DNA from: Paraphysomonas bandaiensis
Lineage: Eukaryota > Protista > Chrysophyceae
Assembly (NCBI GenBank): GCA_965644295.1
Contig: CBFFRP010000263.1
Coordinates: 1 to 64,000 of the forward strand
DNA: 64,000 nt
Direction of reading: 5' to 3'
Made by a program: the position numbers and the translations under genes. Below, one piece after another: positions 52,450-64,000 of the stretch. Every line of letters begins with the position of its first letter. The first letter of the stretch is position 1. The notes under the pieces were generated by a model, which made no database searches, was not told the origin of the DNA, and saw only the letters and a program-made list of their open reading frames with translations.

Positions 52450-52522
52450 TGCCACGAACCGGGATCGAACCAGTGACCTTGAGATCTTCAGTCTCACGCT
52501 CTCCCAACTGAGCTATCGCGGC
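52450..52522 (-). tRNA. trnF-GAA: tRNA-Phe (GAA)
   Basis: GCCGCGA TAGCTCAGTTGGGAGAGC..CTGAAGA..GGTTCGATCC..TCGTGGC A cloverleaf, 73 nt, followed by an oligo-T Pol III terminator. Confidence 0.97.
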
Positions 52523-52802
52523 AACTATGCGAAGGCATATTGCTGGTGGCTTATGAGAAGCCTAGTAAAGTACTGTAATATATAATTAGCAGATAGATCA
52601 ATAGAATGTCCTACCGTTCGAATTCAGACTCAATATTTTGAGTTGAATTTTTGAACTCAAATCAGCAAAAGAATCTGTACGTACTTGGTACTGCTGTGCT
52701 GTATTTATTCCGGTAGGAATTCCTGTTGCTTTTCAAACTGAATTGAAAAACCTTTTTAAATAAAAATGATACCATAGATATTTATATATATTAAAGTAAA
52801 CT

Positions 52803-53747
52803 ATGAATTGGATACGCTCAAACGCCATACCTTTTACGACAGGAGTTATAACAACCGTCATACCAACCGTTCTGCTTCCTGATGAATACAAGAAATTTGC
52901 TCACAAACTTATATTCAAATCTGTGTCTTATAAGCAGTTTTACTTTAATGCTTTCATATCACAGTCGAAATTAGATCTTCCAACTCAGTATAACAAGTTT
53001 ATTCCTCATGAATATTCGTTACAAACTATTCGTAATGGTTTGAGTAAGAAGAATGGAACAAACGTTAGTGGAGGTGTTCGAGTGTTGTGGGGGCCTCCTG
53101 GATGTGGGAAAACAACCTATACAATTCATCAATGTAATGAACTGGTTAAAGAAGGGACATTGGAAGGAGTAGTCTTGATGAATGAATGCAGAAACAATGA
53201 AACAGCACACACTTCAGATTGGCTTAACGAATGTCTAGGGCATGATATATTGAGTACAGGTAATCCATTGTCGAGCTTGTTTCCTCATCAGCCTCCGAAA
53301 CACACTGTTTTTATATTTGATCAATTTGATAATCTTTATCGTAAATGTCAAAACAAAGAATTGCTCAGAGTTGCGATCAAATCGTTAGCTGAAGACGGGG
53401 AAAAGCATGATTCTTTTTTAGTAGTCCTCTGTATCAGCGATCCTGACATTGCCGCTGAAATGTTGTTGTTAAATGGTGGAAGAAAGATTCGACTTTTAGA
53501 TCACGAACCTGAAAGGATGAAATGGACTGAATCAGAAGTGTTGGAATTCCTGTCTGATAAAGCTCTAACTGATGATCAAATATCTTCCTGCGTCAAAATT
53601 GGAACTCCTCAATTTTGCAAGGACATTGCAGAGTATAAGACTCAAGCAGAATTGGATGACGCGGTGCGAGAATCGGAAAGAGAATTGGAAAATGGGAGAA
53701 AGATTGTGCGCCGCGCGGTGACTGGACGAAGGTTACCAAAAAATTAG
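52803..53747 (+). CDS. Intronless P-loop NTPase (AAA+-like), family unknown
   Basis: Walker A GPPGCGKTT, Walker B VFIFDQFD, hydrophobic N-terminus. Confidence 0.75.
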   Translation: MNWIRSNAIPFTTGVITTVIPTVLLPDEYKKFAHKLIFKSVSYKQFYFNAFISQSKLDLPTQYNKFIPHEYSLQTIRNGLSKKNGTNVSGGVRVLWGPPGCGKTTYTIHQCNELVKEGTLEGVVLMNECRNNETAHTSDWLNECLGHDILSTGNPLSSLFPHQPPKHTVFIFDQFDNLYRKCQNKELLRVAIKSLAEDGEKHDSFLVVLCISDPDIAAEMLLLNGGRKIRLLDHEPERMKWTESEVLEFLSDKALTDDQISSCVKIGTPQFCKDIAEYKTQAELDDAVRESERELENGRKIVRRAVTGRRLPKN

Positions 53748-56745
53748 TCCCCACATGGATTTCCTTTTTAAAAATATTTGAATGAATCCGTTGTTTGTAC
53801 TGATAATCACTGATTGATAAATATCCTATAATGACATGAATACTCCAGCATCTGATTAATTAAGTGGTTTACCAACTGAAAGTGCATCAAGACGGAATAA
53901 TCAATATTATTGTAATTTATATTAGCATAGCTTCTCCAGGTTATAGCGGTGTATGTTCCCTCACCTACTAATAGACAACTTGTGAATAGTGCAACGTGTA
54001 GACTAATTATAAATACTTGTCAAGAGTTATATTATGCAAATGCTTTGACACATATAACACGTAGACATAGTACCTTCTCTTTCACATAATATAGTTATAT
54101 TCAACCACGGGCAATAAGGAGGCTATATCGTCCCGCACTCAAAATTTTGAAACGAGGGCGAAAAGCCCGAGTTTTAAAATTTAGACAAGGGATGATACTC
54201 CTTATATCCATATGTTAAATTGTAGAATACCCTCATGATGTTGAAAACTTAGTATTTGATTGTATAGCTATTAGTAGCTTGCTTGCTGTAATAAGAAATA
54301 GGTGCTCCCTGATTAGCATTAAGGAAACAATTGAGAAGTCATATCGTTTCAAATCAATGGTATGTATACTGTGTATGTTTAGGGAATAGCAATTGGACTA
54401 TAGATTAACTAAAACAATAACCCCACAAATTTCTATATATAATAGCGACAACAAAATGCACTCCTACCACAGAAGAATATGAAAGCAACTGGGAGGGTTG
54501 AAATTCGTACATAAGTGTGATGATGAATATGAACAGTGGTAGTCGCATGAAAGGCTTCTTATTACCTTAATTAGCATCATCATCACATTTATATACTATA
54601 CGCTTAACCTCTGCTAGCAGTGCACCTGATTGAATGATGTGTGTATGACATTAGGCACACACTATCGTCATATAAGCACAATGTAACCCAAACTCTGAAA
54701 GAAGTGGATGCTACTGCCCTTACCACCTATACAGCATCAGATATGGCACTTAAACTCTCCTGAAATATTCTTGAAGTTGTTTCGAAGTCCTGGTTATGAA
54801 GATATATCGCTTGCACTGACATCATTATGATCTTCTACAGCAAGAGGAAGATGGAATACAACTTGGAGTGTTTGTTGATCAGCTTTGTATATTGTTTCTC
54901 TACAATTGTATACTATAAAGAATTCACGTACATATTATGACTGTCAATATCATAATTAAATAGAAGTAAGCTTCTGTTGAATGTCTATATTTGCCCGGTG
55001 CTGATATGAGCGTTCTGTTGAGCCCAAATCAGGTCAAAATAAAGCGTTTTTTTAGAACAAAATGGGGATAATATTATATCGCCTTAAATACTAAATATTT
55101 CATGATATTCATACCATCGTGATATTAAGAAGAGTTGGCCAAAATGCAGATTTAAGCTTAGTACTAGCAAGTAGAATGTTGTGATTATTAGAATGTAAAG
55201 TGATGAACACAGTAGTGTAAGAAAAAGTGAATAATAATGCAGAACATAACTATTACTGCACACGCAACGGAATAGTTAGAAGTATAATTGCCTGACAAAT
55301 TGTTGTTTACTTTACGTCTTCTAGCATCATTATGACGATCATTACGGTGGCGATCAAGTATCTTCAACAGATACTTTCATTAATTCAGTTCATGATATAT
55401 TTCATTGAACATTATATTTCACATATACTATCTTGTATTAAGATGAATCCTAACACTCCCTTCAATGATATAAACCTTAATAACCTGTAGATTATGGAGG
55501 TCATATATGATGTAAACCTTAAGCTGCAAATTATGGAGGACATATATATATATTAACACTGAGAGTAAAAAAGAGAGTAGCAGTCACTAGTTAATGAGCG
55601 AACTGCAGAGGTGCTGTATTGTGAAACCATCCTCTTGTTCCAGCATTATGTTTGCCCCATTCCGAGGGCATGGCCATAGTGGATGATATACCACCCATAA
55701 AACAGAGATATAGCACTGATTCTACCACCTGCCTACCCGTGTATCAACGTAGTTGACCGCATAGATCACTCGCAGATTCTGTTGCCGCCCCACCCGTGTT
55801 CACCTTTCCTGAAATTACGCGGGGATTTCTCATAACTATGAATGACTTCTATACATAAAATGGGAGAAAGATTGTGCGCCGCGCTGTGACAGGACAAAGA
55901 TCACCCAAAAGTGAGTCGTCCACATGGATATCCTTTTTGAAAATATTTGAATAAATCTGTGGTTTGCTCTGATAATCACTGATAGACAACTTGTGAATAG
56001 TGCAAGGTGTAGACTCATTGTACATACGTGTCATCAGTTGTATTATGTAATTTTTATGACACCTACAACACATAGACATAGTGCCTTCCATTTCACATAA
56101 GAACACTATATGATACCTCTATTTTCCCAATATTGCACTAGCAGTACATCCTGCTCGCTTTAAATTGATATATAGATATGAATCTTAAAACATTTGCTAT
56201 TTTGTCCTTGACAGAATGAAATTAAGCCATCTTCAGCTAGGCGAAATACGAAATATTTCATGATATTCATACAATTCATACCATCGTGATATTAAGAAGA
56301 ATTTACCAAAATGCAGATTTTAGTTATAGTAATAACAAGAAAAATGTTGTGATTATTAGAATGTAAAGTGATGGACACAGTAATGTGTAAGAAAAGGTGA
56401 ATAATAATGCAGAACATAACTATCACACACAACGGAATAGTTAGAAGTATTACTGACAATGACGATCATTGCAATAACGATCAAGTATCTTCAACAGATA
56501 CTTTTATTAATTCAGTTTATGATATATTTCATTGAACATTGAACGTTATAATATTTCACATATACTATCTTATATTAAGGTGAATCCTAACACTCCCCCT
56601 CAATGAAATAAACATGAAGCTATAGATTATTGAGGGCATAATATATATATTAACAATGAGAGTAAAAACCAGAGTAGCAGTTAATAGTTAATGACCGATC
56701 TGCAGAGATGTATTGTGAAACCATCCTCATGTTTCAACATTATGT
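53692..56745 (+). repeat. Diverged local duplication (53692-54090 ~ 55858-56100; 55085-55650 ~ 56244-56745)
   Basis: Co-linear matches such as AAATGGGAGAAAGATTGTGCGCCGCGC and GATCAAGTATCTTCAACAGATACTTT, with indels. Confidence 0.85.
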
Positions 56746-57455
56746 AGTATATGGCAAAAAGAAATGGTAAAAACTCCATGTATTTCAAGCTAGCCACCTC
56801 TAGGTCATTTGTGGCTTGTGATTAGGGTGACTCTGAGAGGTATTACCAGGTTTTATACATTTCACCAGGTTCTGGTATTACCTCGACTTGTTGTCAATCG
56901 CTTTCTATTGTCGCTGGATGGGATTATGATCTCAGCTCCCCTCTCATCAATGTCGTTCGCTATTTAAAGAAGATAGAACCTCCTAGGGTTTCGTGAGAAG
57001 ATCGGCTAACATTGACGTGGTTGATATGTGGTTAACAGTTAATAGTGTTCTCGAATAAAGTGATATCGGATCGCAATAAGTTTTGTACGCCGATGATGAG
57101 TGGATTGTGACATATTTGGACTACACCTTTATTATCGCACCAAATTGTTGTGGAGAATGAAAGTTTGAAACCAATTTCTGATAATAAAGAGCTTAGCCAT
57201 AATGTTTTCTGAGCTGTAGATGTAAGGCCATATATTCTGCTTTAGTAGATGACAGTAGTACCACTGTTGCCTGTAATCGAGATTGACATGATATTTAGAC
57301 AATTACCCTTGCGATGAATGTAAAGACTGTGGTGGAGCGTCGAGTGAGGTGACACCACGCCCAGTTGCTCATATCATAAATTATGCATTATAAAACATAT
57401 ATTGTGCAATTCTCTGCGTCGGTTAAATTAGAATATCATAATATTACTGATAAGT

Positions 57456-57722
57456 TCCCTCAACAAAGTCAGACTCGCACCTTATCGTGGTGTTATCGGG
57501 AAGTCAGACTCGCACCTTATCGTGGTGTTATCGGGAATAAGTACTGGAGAGATTTCTTCGGGAACGTCAGCCGCATATATAGTCATCAGATAACGTTCTG
57601 CCCACTCATAGCCTAATGCTTGTGTGGTACAAGGGACACTATAATATAAGTGCTACTTGTGTATACTTTTTTGAGCCCTGACGAATAAATATATATAAAT
57701 GTCTGTTTATTAGCAATTTGCT
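57456..57722 (+). mobile_element. Internally deleted SINE-like copy with a 35-bp tandem duplication
   Basis: Same head; AAGTCAGACTCGCACCTTATCGTGGTGTTATCGGG occurs twice (57466, 57501). Confidence 0.7.
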
Positions 57723-58048
57723 ATGCATGCACATGTCGCTTGTCGTTACCGTAGAATTGTAACAAGAGTAATGTTGACTAAGCAACACAAATAATGTTGA
57801 CTAACTCTCAATTTTATTAGATGTAGTACTTCCTATGTCATTGTCAATCCTTTGGTACACAAGGTAGGACATATGTTATGACATTATATTCTTCGATTAC
57901 AAGAGTTGTTTACTTTACGTCTTCTTGCATCATATATCAGACTACACGTCACCAAGCTGCTGTACAATTCTCTACAGAACTTAAAGTTAGTTTTGTGAAT
58001 CAATTGTGTCAATCTGATTTTGCGGCATTCCAACAAGGTTAGCTGCTT

Positions 58049-60768
58049 TTACGCGCTAGTCCTTGAGTGAACGGATGATGTCGTAGAAAGACCCCGACGC
58101 AAGGGTTCAGGAGGTGGCATCGAAGTGGCGTTGTCATTTCCGTAGTGAGACTGACCCGCTTTGAGGTTCCCCTGCATAAAATGCTTTTCGCTTTCATTGA
58201 GAACTTTCTCTTCCAGAGCTGAAAGAAATTCATCCACATCATCGTATTCTGCACACAGCTGTTCCACCTGTCCACAAACCAACACACAGTGAAAATAGAA
58301 AACTTATAAAGTACACACAGGACCTCAGCAGGAGTCATATCTGCCACACCGGGAGGGCTACCCATGGCGGTCTCTAGTCGTCGCCATTGTTCATCCGTGA
58401 GTGGGACCTTGAAGTAGTGTTCCACCATCTACGAAATCAGAGCAAAAAACAAGAAAAAAAATGAAAAATGTGTTAGGTAAATATACATGTAGCGGATTAC
58501 CTCCTTTGCCTCGGGCGCCTGTAGATATCCCAGATATATGATCTTGTCAATTCGTCCTGGTCTTATTAGCGCCGGATCTAGCTTCTCCGGATGATTCGTA
58601 GTCATAATCAGGATCCTATTAGGACAGTCCACAACTCCGTCAAGAACATTGAGCAGTCCAGAGAGATCAAGCTTATCATATTTTGACATGTATTTACTGG
58701 CCTTGTAGTCCTAGATGTAGACAGTGTAGACGAGTCAAACACACAGGTTAGATGCGCACAAAATACTCACAAGTCCCTTCTTATCCGAAGAGGTTCCTGA
58801 ATCTGCGAGAGAAGAAAGCATTGCCATCACAAGTCCAGCATCTCCACCGTCTTTTTCTTCAGCCCCTTCGTCATGACCATCACCCCCCACCACAGATACC
58901 TCTTTCGTGAGCTTGACTGACTCGTCTTCCTTACCACCTCCTGGAACACTGGCCTTCTTCTCCAAAGTGACTTTTGTGGTCTCGTTCTTTCCAGTTGACG
59001 ATCTGGCATGGACGATAGGAGACGCAGCATCCACATCCTCCATCACAAATATTATATCCTTGAAAGAAAGCTTCACGGGCATATCTTCCCCCTGATACGA
59101 TAAATCGTCATGCCAGCTAGGCATTCATACAAATAAATAAAAATACCTTCACTGCAAAGGACTGGTCGAAAACGATGTCCATTAACTCCTGGTTCGTTTC
59201 TATGCGTGCCAGCGGAATTGACACTACATTCCGCCCCGTGTGCTGTGCCATAGCTTTAATCAATGAGGTCTTGCCTGTACCAGGTGGACCATGCAAAAGC
59301 AGACCAAGTTTGTGTGGAAACCCTTGGATGGCGTATTTCCCCGTTTTGTCCCTATGATAAAAATAAACTGCATATAAACAAGAAGGACATTCTTACTTAA
59401 AGTGTCGTAGTAACTTGAGTAGCATCTGTTTTTCCCGAAAGAAAAGACACTGAAATGACTTTTCATCAGACAGCTTGTATCGTTTGTACACTCTTGTCTG
59501 CGCATCATCTCCACCACCACCGTCCTCATTACTAGAAACAGCGGGGGGGCTTTTGACAAGCATGTACAAGTACCGGCTGTGATCTTGCATGGCTTTCATT
59601 CGTTCGACGTACCAGTCAAAAGCATCTTGTATAAACGAGTCAACTTTCTTTTGCCCATCGGGGTTGTCCCCCTTAAACTCGAAGCGGATAGTGTTTTTGG
59701 TTATCTTGTTCTCACCCTCCTGATTGGGCTCGATGGTCTGCTGCCGGAAGTGTAGTCCAGGCTTCAATTCAATCCATACATTATTCTGGGGAAGAGTACT
59801 GATGGAATATAGTTGGAGTTGTTCCACTGTGCCGCCGTACACCATCTGGTAGCTCTCATTGTCACGGGTGGCCTTCTCTTTCACAGCCATAAACGATATT
59901 TTCGAGTTCTCCAATTTTAAATCCTTAATCTCAGCAATATATAACGTAATTGCCTTCTGTAAGATGTTGTTTCTTTCTTCCTTTCCGGCCCGATGAACAC
60001 TACCCCAAGCATTCATTCTGAACTAAATGCAAATCACGATTAATTAATATATCGTACAAATGATATATACAGACACGTACAAGATATACATATATATACG
60101 ACATTCACATATCTACCGATATATCTATACATGTACACTTCTATCAGTACTTATAGACCATATATACACATACATACAGACATATACATGTGGGGGGGGT
60201 TACCTCATAATCGAGTGTCTTATACACATACATACATATACACATATACATACATACATACATACATATACATGTGGGGGGGTTACCTCATAATCTAGTG
60301 TCTTATATACACATACATACATATACACATATACATACATACATACATATACATGTGGGGGGGGGTTACCTCATAATCGAGTGTCTTATATACACATACA
60401 TACATATACATGTGGGGGGGTTACCTCATAATCGAGTGTCTTATATACACATACATACACACAATACATGTGGGGGGGCTACCTCATAATCGAGTGTCTT
60501 ATACACACATACATACATATATACATACATATACATGTGGGGGGGTTACCTCATAATCGAGTGTCTTGAGACAAACATTTTTATTTTGACGAATACTCTC
60601 AATAATCTCATTAATCCATGGTTGAAACCGTTCAAACAGTAATGTCAGGATCTTAAAGACGAGTGGGATCATCATACAGACCGCCATATCTAGTATGACG
60701 TTCCCAGTACGCAGTGAGTTAATTATACCAAACTGTGAGCTTAATCCTTGCATAGCATTCATATCCAT
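58049..60768 (-). CDS. BCS1-like AAA+ ATPase (multi-exon)
   Basis: [59 protein letters not shown]; N-terminal transmembrane segment. Confidence 0.92.
60185..60567 (-). repeat. Six tandem copies of the exon-1 end plus splice donor
   Basis: AAG-ACACTCGATTATGAG-GTAAC(C)n-ACATGTAT repeated with TATG-rich spacers. Confidence 0.95.
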
Positions 60769-61087
60769 GGCTAGTAAATGTACCCTGTGAACGTCTTGTC
60801 ACAGATAGAAGGCTTACTGACAGGAGATAACTTCTACTGTCTATCTACTAGTATATATATATGTATATAGATGTGCGGAGGGTCAGTGTATGTATATATA
60901 CAGCAGGATTATACTGATATATCCTCGTGCACATGAATAATGACTGAACCACAAGATCACAAGATGCTGTTTCATCAAAACGGAAAAGTAAAAAAAATAT
61001 GAAGAAAACTGGAGAAATTCCCACTAATCAAGCTAGAAATCAAGGGAAAAGAAGTGGAGTTGTACTAAAAAACTGAAAAAGTGTGGA

Positions 61088-61358
61088 TGTATGTATGTAT
61101 GTATGTATGTATGTATGTATGTATGTATGTATGTATGTATGTATGTATGTATGTATGTATGTATGTATGTATGTATGTATTTATTTATGTATTTATGTAT
61201 GTATGTATGTATGTATGTATGTATGTATGTATGTATGTATGTATGTATGTATGTATGTATGTATGTATGTATGTATGTATGTATGTATGTATGTATGTAT
61301 GTATGTATGTATGTATGTATGTATGTATGTATGTATGTATGTATGTATGTATGTATGT
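61088..61358. repeat. (TGTA)n microsatellite
   Basis: Tract between the divergent BCS1-like and CCR4 genes. Confidence 0.99.
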
Positions 61359-61444
61359 CATACTGCAGAATTTTATAACGAAGAAATTCAGTGTTAATCA
61401 TTATTGTTATTATTATTTTATATATACACAAACAGACGATATCA

Positions 61445-64000
61445 ATGAGTGACGTGACTTGGGATTTATCACTTCGATGTGAGCAGCCTGTGGAGGGATG
61501 TGAGCTGACTCCTCATGCGTACCTAAAGTTGAAAAGCAGGACGCTTGATAATCCTGCCAAAGCAAAGGTATACACACACATACACTCATATACACTCATA
61601 CATATATATATACTCATATTCATACATAGACTGTCATATATACACACTCATATATACACACTCATATATATACACTCATATATACACACTCATATATACA
61701 CTCATATATACACACTCATATATACACTCATATATACACACTCATATATACACACTCATATATACACACTCATATATACACACTCATATATACACTCATA
61801 TATACACACTCATATATACACACTCATATATACACACTCATATATACACACTCATATATACACTCATATATACACACTCATATATACACACTCATATATA
61901 CACACTCATATATACACACTCATATATACACTCATATATACACACTCATATATACACTCATATATACACACTCATATATACACACTCATATATACACACT
62001 CATATATACACACTCATATATACACACTCATATATACACTCATATATACACACTCATATATACACACTCATATATACACACTCATATATACACACTCATA
62101 TATACACTCATATATACACACTCATATATACACATTCATATATACACACTCATATATACACACTCATATATACACACTCATATATACACACTCATATATA
62201 CACTCATATATACACACTGATATATACACACTCATGTACACACACTTATGTATACACTTATGTTTTATTATTTGGTTATGTATTTAGTTATTAGTAGTTA
62301 TGTAGTGTTTAGTATTGTTGGCTGACATTTGATGCGGGTGGTGTACAGGTACTAGAAGCTAACCCACATACCTTTTCTTTCAAGTGGAGCAGAGGACCCA
62401 CTATCCCTATGTGCGCATACAGCTCCTGTCCGAGAAACGGAACTACTGATCCACTAGACTGGTCGAGATTTTCAAGAGGAGGGCCAAGCCTTCGCTGTGC
62501 TGTTTGCGAAAAACTAGGAATTCCTCGACATGAGGCGCTATTTTGCTCAGTCAGGTTTATATGTGTAGTATATAGTGGGATGTTGTGCTAACTGATGCCA
62601 TTAAAGCTGCTTTAAGAACGCATGGCCGACACATATTGTCAGGTATGCTATATTGAGCTGTAGTTGTTGTGTAGTGACATGGTACGGAGCAGTAAACATC
62701 CCCGAAGCAGTGTCCCTGCTCCTGTTCCGCCAGCTCCACTCAGCAAGCCAGTGGTGGTAGCGGGAATCGTTGCGGAGAGAGATAGTGATGACGATGTTGT
62801 CGACGCGGAAGAACTTGACGAAGGGGGATATGTGGAAGGTGGGTGATGCTTGTGGCATTATTTTTTCTGTGCATAATGTGTTGTTAAGGGCATGTGCCGA
62901 CCTCTCTCATGGATACTCTGCATGGAGGGGCGGACGGACAATGGGAGGAGATATTCAGGCGAGTATCTAGTATATATCATTTTATTGTACTAATATGCCC
63001 ATAGCGAGCAGACGTATATTCCAACTGCTGAAGATGTGGGCAAGGTGTTACGTATCGAGTGTCGAGCAGTTGGCAAAGACTGTGAGACACTCGCCGGCCC
63101 AGTGGTGGTGTACACGGAGTGTGTGTTGTCCGCCCCCCGCTTGCCCCCAAGACGAGCATTGCATGCTGTACCCAACGCTGGAGCCTCCCTGTCATCCCAG
63201 TCGCAGGTCAGGTTCAGAGTCGTCAGCTACAATATACTGGCCGAGATATATGCAACAAAGCACGTGAGTGTCTGATTGTTTTCAAAGGGTCGTTTCATGT
63301 CACTGACTGACGGGCACGCTGGTGTAGGCCTATCCCTATAGTGACCCCTGGACCCTGAGCTGGCCGTATCGGCGGTCTATTATTTTGCAGGAATTAGCAG
63401 ATTCGAAGGGAGATATTATTTGTCTTCAAGAGGTACAGGCTGATCATTACGAGCAGAATCTTCAACCCGCCTTATCCGACATGGGGTATGATGGCCTGTA
63501 CAAGCAGAAGACACGGGAGAGTATGGGCCAGCATGGTAAAGTGGATGGATGTGCTGTGTTCTGGCGACGAACGAAGTTCATAATGGTTGAAAACTATTCA
63601 ATAGAATTCAATGAGATTGTGCAGCGCACAGCGTCACATCTCAACCTTGATGATGGGGACCGTCGTCGTTTCATTAGTCGTCTCAGCAAGGATAACATTG
63701 CCCAGGTACTAGTTCTAGAGCCTCTGTCTCGTCCGCAGCAGCAAAGGTCCAGGTCCGCTAGCCGCATATGCGTGGTGAATACTCATCTGTACTCTAACCA
63801 CACCCGGCCTGAGATAAAGCTGTGGCAGTCAGTGCAGCTGATGAAAGAGATTGAGTCGTACGTGCTTAACCAAGATCTTGCACTCCTAATATGCGGCGAC
63901 TTTAACTCCGAACCAGAATCGGCTGTTTATCAGTATTTGTCGCAGGGGGGACTCCATGAGGAGCACGCCCGTGTAGTAGAGGCTGTAGCGGAGGTGCATT
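61445..64000 (+). CDS. CCR4: CCR4/PDE12-family EEP deadenylase (3' end outside window)
   Basis: PVEGCEL N-terminus, FRVVSYNILAEIYAT, DIICLQEVQ, VDGCAVFW, NTHL, ICGDFNSEP. Intron 1 is 61568-62348. Confidence 0.93.
61575..62250. repeat. Mixed 12/14-bp minisatellite (CA)CACTCATATATA in CCR4 intron 1
   Basis: Direct tandem array. Confidence 0.95.

Overview
Eukaryotic nuclear DNA with short (~45-60 nt) GT-AG introns; the gene set suggests a stramenopile-like protist (inference). The first 25 kb is rich in transposons: a putative Ty3/gypsy element nested in a Ty1/copia element, a 4.2-kb pogo-type DNA transposon with 557-bp terminal inverted repeats (TIRs), a 5'-truncated LINE, and a young full-length copia element with identical 293-bp LTRs. 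Host genes: EamA transporter, TMEM184, CK2 beta, SMYD, M14 peptidase, TPR protein, adenylate kinase, sulfotransferase-like, ANTH protein, UBC7-type E2, CDC50, alanine aminotransferase, coiled-coil protein, tRNA-Phe, an orphan P-loop ATPase, BCS1-like AAA ATPase and CCR4. There are also long (TACA)n tracts and a higher-order palindromic minisatellite. Best leads: (1) five AG/15-nt/GT in-frame candidate micro-exons (TLDYE) made by tandem duplication of a splice donor in the BCS1-like gene; (2) pogo TIRs that carry the transposase's own 5' region, exon 1 and intron 1 at both ends; (3) a ~500-bp SINE-like family sharing its 3' tail with the local LINE, with an HDV-ribozyme-like head; (4) a perfect 16-bp leader:AUG duplex in a copia element. 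All annotation is by eye; no searches were run.
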